64,000 nucleotides of DNA from the human T2T-CHM13v2.0 reference genome, Homo sapiens, in NCBI RefSeq assembly GCF_009914755.1, contig NC_060947.1, one strand, 5' to 3'. This document shows, one piece after another, positions 34,801 to 49,734 of this stretch (within the stretch, counting starts at the first letter, position 1; every line of letters starts with the position of its first letter). The translations under genes were made by a program, and so were the position numbers. Under the pieces are notes generated by a model that was given only the letters and a program-made list of their open reading frames with translations, had not been told where the DNA came from and made no database searches.

Positions 34801-36814
34801 AATAACATTACATTTAAATCCAATTTAAAATGTTTCTATTCTTTAGCATGATTGCAATATAATATTAGATAAAATACATAATAAAGTTAATAAAATCTCT
34901 AAGAGAAATGACTGAGAAGAAATTGTTAAAAGTATTAACAATAATTAACTGAGAAATCATGGGTTATGAGTGATTTTTAACTTTTGATTATAACTTTGGA
35001 TTTCTCTATGATAATCAGATATTGCTTTTACCAAAGCAAAAAGTTTATTAATTGCCAATTGTAGAAGCCAATTTGCCTGTATATTTTATAGACAAAGAGG
35101 ATTTGTTTGTTTTCCTTGTTCTACATTACATTACCATGAGTTCTCTTAGAATTTTTAATTTACCACTTATTATTCCCACTGATAAAATAATTCAAGTTGA
35201 GTTTGAGTGTATTCATTCCTTTCCAATCTTGGTTTTGAGGTAATATGATTTTTTATTTACATACCATTTAATATCATTATTACCAATGTGTCATTTACAT
35301 GAACTAATTTACTTAATTTTAAGTGTAAATGTCAATGAATTCTGTTAGATTGTATATCATTTTATTTGTGCTTGCTATTTTAATGCTCCAAGTTTAAAGT
35401 TAGAGTGTGAATAACATCCTCCCCCACCTTCACACTTACAATACTGAAGCCCATTAAAGCCCAGGTTAGGAGGATTTCCTGCTTCCTCCTCTCTTCTACT
35501 TTCCTTCTAACTCCATGAAATATTTAAGAATCCCCCCCTGAGGATCCTACAATTGTTAGGAATGTAGTCCTTTTTGTTTCCTCAGTCATCCCTGGGGCTC
35601 TAAATTGAGCAACTCAATCTTTATTTTGAAGCCAAAGACTTTCAATTGCCACCAAAATTTGCTTTGAAAGTAACCAGTGTTGGATAACAACCTGAAAACT
35701 TGGGAGCCCAGTGTGAAGCTAAGGGGCATAGGTAGCCAGCAATATTACTTCAGAGGTGGTATAGCTACATTACATTTAATAAAAACAGATCTTCAACATT
35801 CAGTTATTTTTAGATTCTATGATGTTAGTTTCCCATTTAAATTGTATCCTCATAACCAACCACCAACCTCCAATCCTCACAAAATCTTTCCTGATGGTCA
35901 ATCATGGAGGGGGCGGACATAAAATAAAAATATAAATAAACAGGGTCGGGCTGGTAAGAGAAACCAGAAACTGAGAAGACAAAGTTAGAAACCAGTAATC
36001 AACATGAAAATGTAAGGTTCCAGGGGATTTTAAAATCTTTGGGAGAGTTTTGGGTTACACAGACTATGGAATGAAAATTGAAGAAAATTTATGCAGTTAG
36101 CAAAAGCTAAGGAGATTTGAAAAATGTGTTCTTTAGCACCTCAACAATTTCTGAAAAGGCCTGGAGTGAAGGTAATGTAAGTATTTTGCTGAGACTTTCA
36201 AAAACAAAACCAGGGAGATGGAAAGTATAACATAAAATAATATTGAGGAAAAACAACAACAAATTATTAGAAACTTAAACAAGAAATATAGTTTGGATGG
36301 CAAAATCTTCAAAAGGAACTGTATTCAACACAGCAGTACAAAGTCACAGGGATCCTGAGTACATAAGGTCAATCAGGAGGAAAAAGGGGGCTGTGGGTTA
36401 AGGCCAATAAAATAGAATTGTTTTTGAAGTGAAAGCCTCAAAGAAATTTTATTTACAAAGATTTTTATTACAGCAATATATTTAATGTAATATCATCGAG
36501 AGTCTCCTAAACTATGTTTTGAGACCTTAAACCTCTTTGAGCATTGCATTGTAATCTATGCTACTTTTCAAGAATATTACCACTGTCACCAGTGATTGAA
36601 TATTAAACATTTCCTGTGTTTTTCTCTCTGTATATTTCTCCCCACTCTTCCTGCTCTTTACTTCTGTACTAACTTCTTAAAACTATAGTTAAGGGCCCAC
36701 AAACTCAAATGCCGTCAGGGATGAAGCAGGCAAAGGCAAAATGAATGTATCACAAAAGTAGGTGATGGAGACTGTGAAAAGACAGTGTGTCTGGCTTTTT
36801 TTTTCTCTCTCTGT

Positions 36815-36817
<3 letters not shown>

Positions 36818-36861
<44 letters not shown>
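36818..36861. repeat. Perfect (CA)n microsatellite, about 22 units
   Basis: Uninterrupted AC run. Confidence 0.97.
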
Positions 36862-36863
<2 letters not shown>

Positions 36864-36914
36864 CTATAGTCTGAATCCATGGAGCACTGGTTTGTAACTC
36901 CAGGTGTAATTATA

Positions 36915-37042
36915 GTGGCCTCTGGAGTAAGACAAATAGGAAACCCACTTTCTACATTTGTAAGAAATGTTGACTTGGGCAAGTTATCTCACTTCTATAA
37001 GTCTACATTTCCTCTTTTGTAAACTGGGAATAATAATAATAA
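36915..37042 (+). mobile_element. MIR fragment
   Basis: CTCTGGAGTAAGAC...GACTTGGGCAAGTTATCTCACTTCT..TTTCCTCTTTTGTAAACTGGGAATAATAATA. Confidence 0.75.
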
Positions 37043-38309
37043 TACATATATATAATATGTATAACAACAACAATATAATATATATATATTTTAAATATTT
37101 TAATCTCATTTTTCAAGATGGGGATTACTATAGCACTTTTTGTTAAGGAAATATTGAGAACACATTTCCATCTTCAGTCTTACTCCACTAATAATCTACT
37201 AAGTTATTTGAACCAGATTAGTTTTATAAATCTATTTTAAACATTTTTAATATTTAAATATAATATTTAGTTAATTATATTTGTTCCTAAGAATTCCAAA
37301 GTATAAATAATTTGATATTTTAACACAATTTATTTTCTTCTTTCATTTCATGTTCCTAGTACGAACTCTTATGAAAGGAAGTGACCACTTATGCTATTTT
37401 GACTTGATTCATTTAGCAAGGGAGAAGTTACAAATATGCTGTCCAAAAGATGTTTGTATGGAAACAGTTTCTCCCACTTCAGTCCCCAGATTAACAGGGA
37501 GGATTAGTGTTATTGACATTAATATTTATAAATACCATTTAGATGTTCCTCCCTCTTTTTACTCTTCTTTCAATTTTACATAGGGGATATGGGCTATGAA
37601 GTGGGCTTGTCCCATATCTGACCCTGAAGGCTTGAGAGAGATAGTATCCATTGAATGAAGAAAATGGCCTGATGAAAATATGTTGTACAAATAAGCACAT
37701 TTTTAAAAGTATTTATTTACTCTTTATATTGTATTGGTATATAGTATGTTTTATACCAACAGTTATCTACTGAAAATGAAACCCTAGAATGTAAACATGA
37801 TTTTGGCCTGTGAAATTCCCAGAAAGAAAATTTGGAATAGTATTTCAGAAAATCCTCTTATCAAATACTTCTGTAGATGACAAAAGTAACTTGGAGGGAT
37901 CATCACACTCTAGTAAATTGTTAAAAGGGTTTTTTAAATTAATGTTAGTTGCTTGGTAGTGGCAGTGAATCAGGTGAACACGATTACAATTTTCCTTATA
38001 TTTTAAACTGAAAATATTAAATGGGAAAAATAAAAATATGAGTCATTGAGGTAAATGCACAAACCAGTGCTCATGCATGTACACACGTACACACCTAAAT
38101 TTTTAAAGGTCTTTTCACATCTTAATATCAGGAAACAAGATAAATATATAAGGGGATATCAACAAATTAATAATATAGAATCTTAATATAATGACATCTA
38201 TCTAAAAGTTTTCAAGACAAAATAATTTCTATTTAAATAGTGAACGTAGTATTTACCTTTTGTCTTTAACCAGTCCTTTCGTGATAATAAATAGAACAAA
38301 TACTGTGTC

Positions 38310-38826
38310 TTCACTGCATATTCAAGGTAGTCTAACTGCTATAAAAAAGAAAGTCAATAACTTAGCAAAATAATAATTAATTGTTCTTTGAAACAACAGC
38401 CCAATGTGTTTGTTTATGATCAACTGGCCCGGTTATCCAGTATTGAAAGTCCATCTGGGAGACACAGAAGGGTGAGAGCAGTGTAAGGGATGATAAATTA
38501 TTTAATGGGGGCAATGTATACTATTTCAATGATGGTTAAACTAAATGCCTAGACTTCACCACTATACAATATATCCACGTATCAAAACGGCATTTGTAAC
38601 CCCTTAATTTATAATTGAAAAAAAAAAGTTTATCTTGGGGAATACACATAGCTTCTCTTAACTGTCTTGGTCTGGGAATGACACATGGCATTTCTTTTTT
38701 TCTTTTTTGGTAATAGTTAAACCCATGGGCCTACCTAGTTGCAAGAAGCTGGTAATTATAGCTTAGCTGTATGCCCAGGGAGACCAAGAAAACCAGGTAC
38801 TGATTAACATTTACAGTCTCTGTCAT
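38310..38826 (-). mobile_element. Old MLT1-type LTR (degraded), host of a short L1 insertion
   Basis: CTAACTGCTATAA..; CCTACCTAGTTGCAAGAAGCTGG..CTTAGCTGTATGCCCAGG; ends AGTCTCTGTCATA. Confidence 0.45.
38462..38627 (+). mobile_element. Short L1PB-type 3' end insertion
   Basis: GATGGTTAAACTAAATGCCTAGACTTCACCACTATACAATATATCCACGTA plus A tail; degenerate TSD AAAGTCCATCTGGG / AAAGTTTATCTTGGG. Confidence 0.8.
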
Positions 38827-40569
38827 ACCCATAAAGAAAATAATGAAGTGTTTCAGTTCATTTTTTTCTGGCTTTGCCATTTAATGCTCCTTAAAGGTGT
38901 CAATATGTTTCATATGAAGGTAAATGTAACAATGAAAACAAAGCATTACCAAGAAAAATAATAATTATCAAACATAACAATATTTCTCCTATAATTATAA
39001 TACTTGTATTTCAAGATATGTAGTTCAGCCTTTGAAATTATGTAATTCTACTTGGATGGTAGTCATGAGCCTTGGCAGATTAGACCTGGGCATTTGGGAC
39101 TGAACTAAATAGTTGGTCTTTACCTCAGTTCCAAAAAGTCAAAACGACATATGAAACAATGTTTGAGAATGTTGACTCTTTATTCTAACAGATTCATTAC
39201 TCTAAGCTTGAGCTAACCCCCATGTATTAGGCAGCACATAGCATCTATTTATCCAGCTTCATTCAGCTCATATTATTTGACACAAAGTATCACAAGAATG
39301 TATTTTTCATAATTATATAGGACTTTCCCACTCTCCTGAAATACTTTTCTCTTCCTTTGTAGCAACATTATTTTCCAAGGAGGCCTCCTGAACATGTTCA
39401 GTGGCTCAAAAGATACAGTTTAAGATCAGGACTGTATATGAATGAATGCTATAGTGTTATCAAACCATTAACCTCTGAGCTAATATGATTATCTGTACTT
39501 GGGTTGGACAGGAGACATCTCCACCCCATCATTTACTTTGTATCAGAGATTGAATAAACATCTGGAACTCTGCCCAAATAGCAATGCACATGATGATCAA
39601 TTAGTAGCACCATTTTTTTTTGTTGCACTGTATGCATAAACTACAAATGCCTCACACTGTTCCCATTACATCTTTTCATCTGCATATTGACCAACATAAT
39701 CAATAAAGGTCTATTGGAGACTTTCTGTTTAGGATCCAGCTTTGGGAGTACAATTAATAATTCAAGATTTTCTAATGCATAGAAAATTGTCATTTATTAC
39801 AATAGTCCCTCAGTTTTTCCCACGAACTGAGAAAATACACTGAATGTTTTCTGCCATCTTGGACCACATTAATCACAATGTCTTACCCAATCCTGAAAAT
39901 CCAGTTTTAATGCCTGGTCCTCAGAACCATGATGTAAATGTTTTAGGTTATAAGAAAATGAAAAATTTGTCTAGCCCATTCAATAAGTACAGTAGTACCT
40001 AGTGCAGCATTATCTTGATTCACACTAAAGTCTAGTAGACTCAAAATGGTTAACTCAATATTGACAGAAGTGCTGAATGTTTCTATTAAGAAGGTCTTCT
40101 CTGACTCCTTCCGACTACTGTGGGTTTATCATTGAGCTCTCTTATATTTTTTCTCCAGATAAAGTAGAATCTGATTCATAGCAATATTGCATGGTATTGA
40201 TGTGATCTATTAACAGTTAAAACTGGAAACAGTTCGCCTTGACAATGTCCTTTGAACTATTCAGTGGCACTCCGCTTTAACACACAAACTTCAGTTTGCA
40301 AATAAACTACAATATCTCTCTTTCGGACATACTTTCTGTGCAAAATTCCATAATCTTTTCACATAAATCCTCATGGTAAAGAGCAGCCCGACATCCTCAA
40401 GGATCTCATCAATATACAGGAAAAAAGAATAGATAGTAGCATCAAGTCCACAAACACTCTCAAACACAGCCTTTGCTTCAAGGATTCCAAAAAGTATTAA
40501 AGAAAATGGTTGCCTCTATTTCCCTTAATTTTGAGTTCATTTTAGATCTTACTACCAGGCTGACTAAGC

Positions 40570-41935
40570 TCAGATCATAGAGGTTGGCAAGGTAGAAGTT
40601 ATGTTTGACAAAAATGTTTTAATGTCTACTGAAGCAGACAAATTAAATAAACAAGTAATTGTATATGCTAGTAAGTGAAAAGAAGGAAGTACACCTTATG
40701 CTTTAATGGAGAGTACATTTATGTGCAGAGAAATTTAAAGAAGGTGGTCAGGATAGACTTAGCTGAAGAGGTCGTTGTGATCTGATATTTTAAGAAGAAT
40801 ATGAGCAATCTACGCGCAGTGTAGGCAAATAGTAATTCAAGCAGAGGGAATAGTAAGTATAAAAAGCTGGAAATGGAAATGGGCTTGCCGTGTTGAAAGA
40901 ATAAACTTGAGTGATGTACTTCAAGCCTACTGAGCCATAGGAGAATAGTGGAAGATGTGTTTGGAGATGGAGGCTGAACCAGCGAATACAGATAAATTAT
41001 GAAATATATTGTATTTCCTTTTGAATTAAATGAGAAACTACCAAATGTTTTATTAAAAGAATGTCATAACAGATATTTGTTTCAAGACATTACTGTGTTT
41101 GCTCCGTGAAGAATTAATCAGATAAGAGCAAGTGTAGAACCTTGGATGTCATTTTAATACTCTGTTAGATAATGGTTTCCAGAACATGTAAGTTTGCAGT
41201 GGAGATGGAGAAAAGTGAATGGATTTTAAATATATTTTGGAGTTAAAACTCATGGGACTTGCTGAGGAATTGAATATGAGATGTAAAGAGTAAGGGAAGA
41301 GGATGAATGAAGACTAATACCTAGTGTTTTTGTTTTGTTTCATGCGTTGGGTTATATTTTGGTAAAGTTGATTATGCTTGTGGAAAATAAGAAAAAATTG
41401 GGGGGAGAGTGTGTGTTGAAAGCTCTGCTTTTGATATTCTTTGAGATGTATAGTAAGCTTCCACACTGAAACATTCAGTAGGCCATTTGATGTATAAGTC
41501 TGAAACTCAAGAGTGTGGTATATAGGGGATACAAAAAATTCTCAAGTCATAAGAATGTAGATGGTATTTGAAACATGGATATTAAGTGTGATCACCTAGG
41601 CTGAGAGAGAACATAAAGAGGAGGGATGAGAGAATACCTGTGGAACTATTTTAATACTTAGTGTTTGGATAGAAGAAGCCAAAAATACATAGAACATCAT
41701 GACCAGTGATTTACAAGTAAATGTGGTGGCAAAAATGCCAAAAAAGATTATTCAAAAAATAGAGGGTGAATTTTGGCAAAGGTAGCTGAGCAGTGGAATA
41801 TCGTAAAAACAGAGAAAAATCCATTAGATTTTGGCAACAAGGAGGATGTTGATGACTTTGTACAGAACAGCTTATGTAGAATGGTGATATGTGTTATGCT
41901 AGAGTGAATTGACTGAAGGATGGCTTGAATATAAA
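40570..41935 (-). mobile_element. L2 fragment
   Basis: GCAGAGGGAATAGTAAG..; GCAGTGGAGATGGAGAAAAGTGAATGGATTTTAAATATATTTTGGAG; CCATTAGATTTTGGCAAC. Confidence 0.8.
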
Positions 41936-42018
41936 AAAAATCCAATTGGATTAATGGCTTGTCTAAAATCAAAGGAAAATGCACAATTAAATCATTATTA
42001 ACTATAGACACCCTGTTG

Positions 42019-42194
42019 TGTAACCACCCAACAGGTTCTCCTAGTCCACTACTCAGAAATGATTTATCAAGACAGGAGAACTGCAACAGAGAAAGAGTTT
42101 AATTCATGCAGAGCCGGCTGAATGGGAGAATGGAGTTTTATTGTTACATCAGTCTCCCTGATAATTCAGAGACTGTTTTTGTTTGTTTGTTTGT

Positions 42195-42249
<55 letters not shown>

Positions 42250-42791
42250 AGGATAATTTGGTGGGTAGGGGATTAGGGAGTGGGGAGTGTTGATTGGCTG
42301 GGTGAGAGATAAAATCATGGGAAGTCGAAGCTGTCCTCTTGTGCTGAGTCAGTTCCTGGGTGGGGGCCACAAGACCAGATGAGAGTGGCACCTCCTGATT
42401 CATCGAATGCAGAATCTGTAAAATATCTCATGCACCAATTTTAGGTTTTACAACAGTGATGTCTTCCCTGGGAGCAACTGGGGTGGTTTCAAATCCTGTG
42501 GCCTCTAGCTGCATGACTCCTAAACCATAATTTCTAATCTGGTGGCTAATTTGTTAGCTCTACAAAGGGAGTCTGGTCCGCAGGCAAGAAAGTGGTTTGT
42601 TTTGGAAACAGCTGTTACCGTCTTTGTTTTAAAGTTAAACTATAAACTATGTTCCTTCCAAAGTTAGTTCAGCCCACACCCAGGAATGAACAAGGACAGT
42701 TTCGAGGTTAAAAGCAAGATGGATTCAGTTAGGTCAGACCTCTTTCACTGTCATAATTTTCTCAGTTATGATTTTTGCAAATCTAGTTTCA
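42019..42791 (-). mobile_element. LTR8/LTR8A solo LTR (ERV1)
   Basis: Minus strand begins TGAAACTAGATTTGCAAAAATCATAACTGAGAAAATTATGACAGTGAAAGAG; TG...CA termini; TSD GTTG at 42015-42018 and 42792-42795. Confidence 0.88.
42196..42247. repeat. (TG)n microsatellite, about 25 units, inside LTR8A
   Basis: Uninterrupted GT run. Confidence 0.97.
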
Positions 42792-43407
42792 GTTGTGCTA
42801 TCAAATGCTAAGTCTTATTCATTCTTTCTATTTTTTTGTACCCATTAACCATCCCCACCTCCCCTCCACACCCACCCACTATCCTTCCTAGCCTCTGGTA
42901 ACCATCCTTCTGCTCTGTCTCCATGAGTTCAGTTGCTTGAACAAATGGATATCAGAGGATGTAGGAAATGACATTGATCTATTAATAAAAACAATAAAAG
43001 ACTTGAAAATAACACAAAAAGATAGGCATGTGTTCTTTTAATAACATACTGAAGCATCATCTAAAAGGACACCCCAGGTATTATTTAATTCTCTAAGGTA
43101 TGTACCTTTATTAACATACTATTGTTTGTGCATACACCTATGAAGTTAAATGTTAATTTGTATTTTTTATCTGATAAAGATGCAAATGATTTCTGTCTGG
43201 TAGAACAAAGCAATACGATTTTATTGTCCTATAGGGCATTAACTAGTTCTGAATCTAATATAGCAATTTCATTCCAAAAGTCTTTCTTCAGTTTTAATAA
43301 ATACTCCTCAGCTCTTCAAATGTTCTTTGAATCAGGCTTATTATTCTGCCGATTAACTCTAAGTTCAATAAATTTGACATATATTTATTTATTCTATATT
43401 TTTATCA

Positions 43408-43806
43408 TATGTTAGTTTGTTAGGGCTGCTATAACAAAATAGCACAGGCTGGGGGTCTCAAACAACAGAAATTTACTTTCTCATGATTCTGGAGGGTAGA
43501 AGGCCAAGATCAAGGTATCTGTAAGTTTGATTTCTCCTGGGAACTCTCTCCTTGACTGGTTGCCCTGTCACTGTGTTCTCATATGGTCTTTTCTGTGTGT
43601 ATGCACATTCCTGGTCTCTCTGTGTGTATCTGAATTTCCTCTTCTGATAAAAACATCAGATTGGTTTAAGGCCCTCACTAATAGCCGTATTTTAACTTAA
43701 TCATCTCTTTAAGGCTCTATTGTCAAATGCAATCATATTCTGAGTTACCAGGGGGGTTAGGGCTTCAAAATGTAAATTTTGGGGGAACACAATTTAGTTC
43801 ATAACA
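43408..43806 (-). mobile_element. MLT1A-like solo LTR
   Basis: TTAGTTTGTTAGGGCTGCTATAACAAAATAGCACAGGCTGGG...GGGGGAACACAATTTAGTTCATAACA. Confidence 0.85.
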
Positions 43807-44063
43807 TGTGAAAATCATGTTTGTTACTTTTTTTTTTCAAATTATGCCTTGGTAGTTTTAGAGGTTACACAAATAAATATTTGGCCTATAAGGCTGTATT
43901 GTCAAATGCAATCATATTCTGAGTTACTGGGGTGTTAGGGCTTCAAAATGTGAATTATGAGGGAACACAATTTAGTTCATAACATGAGAATCATGTTTTT
44001 TAGCTTTTTTTTTCCAAATTTATGCCTTGGTAGTTTTAGAGGTTACACAAATAAATATTTGGC
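43710..44063. repeat. Tandem duplication, two copies, period ~179 bp
   Basis: 43710-43885 and 43889-44063 both run TAAGGCT.TATTGTCAAATGCAATCATATTCTGAGTTAC...TAGAGGTTACACAAATAAATATTTGGC. Confidence 0.95.
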
Positions 44064-44100
44064 ATGTTGATTCCCCATTCTCTATTTTAAAAAATACTTA

Positions 44101-44884
<784 letters not shown>

Positions 44885-45736
44885 AAGTTTAAATCACAAG
44901 AAAAAAAAAGATATATGAAAAGGGAAAGAAATACAAAACCATTCAAAATATTTTAGTAATGGTAATAATTTATAACATATTTAGTTAATATGTGCCACAG
45001 ACTATTTAACAGTTCATAATATTATCCTCTTTTTCCCCCATTTTCCTCAATCCAAAGAGGAGAAAATTATAAATAAACGAACTGAATCTTTTTACTGTCA
45101 ATGATTTTAATTGTCATATTTGAGCACTAAGAAATGTTAACAACAAAAATACATTGTTTAGAAAGGAATATCGCATTTTTAGTAGCATATTCTGATTTGA
45201 AATCATTTAACTTCGAGGGTAATTTATTTAGAATTATATTCTAGCATAAAAATAGCACAAAATTTTAAATAGAAATTAATACATGTCATTTAATAATCCC
45301 TCCAAACAAAATTTATTGAGGGATGTGCATGCTTACAGGCATGTATAATTCTAAGTATTGAGCTACAAACATTTATGTATATCTATTAATCATTAGGCTT
45401 TTACAGATTTTCAAATAAACTAAAAACAGTATTTTAAAGTTTTAAAGAGAGTGAAACATGTAACACTTCAAAGCCTGAATTTTCATTTTTGACTTTTTTA
45501 TTTTTAATTGAAATTATTTTATTACTTAAATATGCAAGAAATAAATAGGGCAGTTTGTTGAAAACATGTATTCATGGGTTAAGTAATTAGATCCATGTTC
45601 ATGAAACTGAGAACTATCTGATAAAACTGCTTGAATTAAGAGTCCAAAAACTATACACTGAACTGGATATCATCTATAAAACTGATCATTACCTTAAGCA
45701 GTTAAATTTTAAAACTCTGTAAATCTGCTTGGTGTG

Positions 45737-46119
45737 GTATATGTCTTGGCTCTGTGTCCCCACCCAAATCTCATCTTATATTGTAATCCCCATGTGTCAG
45801 AGAAGGGGCCTGGAGGGAGATCACTGGATCATGGGGTGGATTTCTCTCTTGCTGTTCTTGTGATAGTGAGTTCTCATGAGAGCTGATGATTGAAAGTGTG
45901 GCACTTCCCCTGTGCTCGCTCTCTTCTCTCTTGCTCTCTCTCTCTCTCTTTCGCCTCCACATAAGACATGCCTTTCTTCCCCTTTGCCTTCTGCCATTAT
46001 TGTAAGATTCCTGCGGCCTCCTCAGCCATGCAGAATGGTGAGTCCATTAAACCTCTTTTCGTTATAAATGACCCAGTCTCAGGTAGTTCTTTATAGCTGT
46101 GTAAAAATGAATTAATACA
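45737..46119 (+). mobile_element. MSTA-like solo LTR
   Basis: TTGGCTCTGTGTCCCCACCCAAATCTCATCT...ACCCAGTCTCAGGTAGTTCTTTATAGC..TAATACA; TSD GTGTG. Confidence 0.88.
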
Positions 46120-46267
46120 GTGTGCCTAAAAATACCTCAAAATTAGATGATTTATGTCTAGATTCCACCTCAATAAACAATAATGGTAAAATTTGGAAGT
46201 ATGATTAGGTAATAAAAATGGAAAAAGTAACAGATATTTCTATAAATATGTAAATTTGCAAATAAAA

Positions 46268-46480
46268 CAGTGTTTGATAGATCAACAGAATGACTATAGT
46301 TAACAATAATGTATTGTACATTTGAAAATAGCTAGAAGATAATAATTCAAATGTTTTTAGTGTAAAGAAAAGATAAATACTTAAGGTATAGATATCCCAA
46401 TTGCTCTGAATTGTTCTTTTCACATTATATCAATTAAAATATCACATATACCCTAAAAATATACACATCTATTATATATT
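46268..46480 (+). mobile_element. L1MA 3' end fragment
   Basis: GACTATAGTTAACAATAATGTATTGTACATTTGAAAATAGCTAGAAGA. Confidence 0.75.
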
Positions 46481-47292
46481 TTTATTTAAAGTTACACTCT
46501 TCATTGATTAATATTTCCCAAATGGCTTTACCTTGTTTTAAAAACTTAACTCTTCCTTGTGTCAAGTAATTACCTTGGATAATTTCTTTTAAAAGAATTA
46601 ATAATTGTTAAAGGAAATTATCTTTAAAAAAACTAACTTTATGTGGTACAGAATCTCCCTTTTATTTCCCTCTCTCTCTAAATTGTAGCTGTGGTAAGGC
46701 TTGTAAATTAAGAAGTGTTACACTCTGGTAACATCTTCAGGATATCTTTTTAATTAGTCTCTAGAGTGAAAATTTCCAGAATATTCAAATGCATCCCCAA
46801 ATAACACATTTTCAGCGAAACTTTGATCCAGGACTTTTTTAGCACATTTATTCATTTATACAATTTTCTCAAACACAAATTAAGTATATTTTGCAGCCCC
46901 TATGATTGAAAACAATATTCTCTCTTAACTCCGCCAGATCCCTAAGCACCTTTAAACAAGAAATATTAAGGCCTCCTTATCTAACATCTATTAATAAATG
47001 TATCTCAAATTAAAATTTTTCAAGTATTGGGTTTTTCTATTTGCCCAAAAGTCCCCTCCCCAATACATATAGTTAATTGTTGCAATGATCCCTAGTAACT
47101 TACTAGTAAAATGGTTATTTTCCTCAGCACAACACACATGGGCTCCAAGTCCTTGTCCCTGCCTTTCTGTCCAGGCTTATCTGGCAACACTCTGTCTTAT
47201 AATTTAAGTGTTAGCAAAAGCAATGGTAACTCCTCTCTTCCAGATAGCCATTTCAACACACTCTTTTTCACTCTTTTCTAAAAGTGTACTGC

Positions 47293-48270
47293 AGAAAAAA
47301 AATTTGATACAATTGAACACCTCTTCATGATAAAAACACAACAAACTAGGCCTTGAAGTAACATATCTAAAAATAGTAAAGGTCATATATGACAAACCCA
47401 CAGCTAACATCATAACATCATACCGAACAGGGAAAAATTGAAAGTCTTTCCTCTAAGAACTGGAACAAGACAACAATGCCCACGCTCACCAATCCTATTG
47501 AACACAGTAGAGGAAATCCTAGCCGCAGCAATCAAGCAAGAGAGAAGAGTAAAACTGGAACATAGGAAGTCACATTTTCCCTCTTTGCTGATGATATGAT
47601 CTTATATTATAAAACCCTAAAGCCTTCACCAAAAATCTCTTAGATCTAATAAATAAGTAAATTTGGAGGATAGAAAGTAAACATACAAAAATAAGTAGCA
47701 TTTCTATATACCAATAATGAACTACCTGAGAAAGAAATCAGGAAAGCAATCCCATTTACAATAGCTACAAATGGATAAAGAAAATGTGGTATAGAATACT
47801 ATTCAGCCATAAAAATATTATGTCATTTGTAACTATTGATGAAACTAGAGGTCATTATTTTAAGTGAAATAAGTCTGACATGGAAAGACACAAACATCAC
47901 ACGTTCCCACTCATGTGGGAACTAAGAAAATAGATCTCATGGAGGTGGAGAATAGAATGATAGATACTAGAGGCTGGGAAGAGTATATGGATGGGGAGCA
48001 GATAAAGAGTGATTGGTTAGTGGTTACAAGTATGTTAGATGAAAGGTGTAAGTTCTAATGTTTGATAGCAGAGTAAAATGACTGTAGTCAATAACAATGT
48101 ATTGTACATTTCAAAATGGCTAGAAGAGAAAACTTGAAATGTTTCTAACACAGAGAAGTGATAAATGATAAATGCTCAAGGTGGTGAACACCTCAAATAC
48201 CCTGACTTGAAGAGTTATTACACCACCTATGTATGTAACAAAATAAATTTTCTTAAAAAGAAGAAAAAAA
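47293..48270 (+). mobile_element. L1MA fragment: RT region joined to the 3' end by an internal deletion at ~47770
   Basis: CTCTTTGCTGATGATATGATCTTATA (LFADDMIL), then CCATTTACAATAGCTACAAA|TGGATAAAGAAAATGTGG and L1MA 3'UTR with A tail. Confidence 0.82.
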
Positions 48271-48736
48271 GACAAGTGTTCCACTTTTCTCCCTGTAGCA
48301 TTCTATGCATGTCTTTATCATTTTTTTCTTCTCATTTTATTGTGATTATCAATACTTGTACAATAGTTTACTTCAATGAGGCGTATGTTGTAGACATCTT
48401 TGCATCACATGTTTCAAGCTCTGGCAATGTGATATTTTTCTTCTAAATTCACAATAATATTTTCAAGAGTTCATGGATGTTTTTTCACATATAGATAGCC
48501 ATAGCCTAATGTACTGATATTGAGTGTTCAGAATGTACAAAGAGTAAAATCATAGTGAATATATCAAGCTGAGTCACTTTTTCTCTTTTATTTTTTGTAT
48601 ATGACAACTTTCTCCTAATACTAAGAGAGAGAGAGAGAGGGGACTGACTTGAGTAAAAATAAAAATAAAAATTTAGTACCTTTTCCCCTCATTAACCTCC
48701 TGCTGGTGGGTTGGCATTGTGTGTGCAATATATTGA

Positions 48737-49036
<300 letters not shown>

Positions 49037-49734
49037 ACTGCCTCTATTTTTCTAATGCTGTGCTTTTTCTATCAGAGCTTTTTAGAATTCCTATTAAATG
49101 GCAATTCTGTTTACTTCCTGTATTAGCAAACTGATATATATTGTCAGGTGCTGAGCATGGGATAGGTTGTATTTCTAAACACATTACTATTGATTTCTGG
49201 CTCCTTTGAAATTTTCCTCCATTGTTCTAAATCTGCCCTGTTAGATTGGTCATGTATTTTCACTGAGACCTTTGTGTTATAACTGAATCCCCATTTAGCT
49301 TCCCTCTATTAGGCTTATTTTTCTGTGTTAAAGTTCCTGTTGATTTTGGTAACTTAGAGAAAATACCATGAATCTAGAATCATTTGTATTTACAAAGTCA
49401 TTCCATCTGCATCAGAACTGTTTGATTCTATTATTTTTGACTGATAGAGATTAGTGAGAAACATGGAATTAGATAGTTTTGCTATATGAACAACCAACCC
49501 AATCTCAATGGCTTAAAATAGTCATTATTAGAGTTTCCTAGAGGTCACCTGGTTTAGGTTAGACTCAACTGAGGGTCTTGGGTTTAACTCCTTTATGTAT
49601 CTGTAGGTTGAATGGCAGGCTCTAGGCTGGGAGCCAAGAAGCTTAGCTGCAAAGCTCTGTTCCATGTGCCTTGAATCCATGAATTTTGAGCCATCCTAGA
49701 TAGTTCTACCTCAACAGATATAATGGAAGACTGT

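Larger units (their letters stand above)
41975..42940 (-). mobile_element. L1MA 3'UTR fragment split by LTR8A
   Basis: ACTATAGACACCCTGTTG | TGCTATCAAATGCTAAGTCTTATTCATTC...CCTCTGGTAACCATCCTTC; homologous to 12740-12930. Confidence 0.8.

Noticed and set aside
36688-36760. Possible DNA transposon end (CAAACTCAAATGCC..CAGG)
   Set aside because: Too short and degraded to assign without a Dfam search
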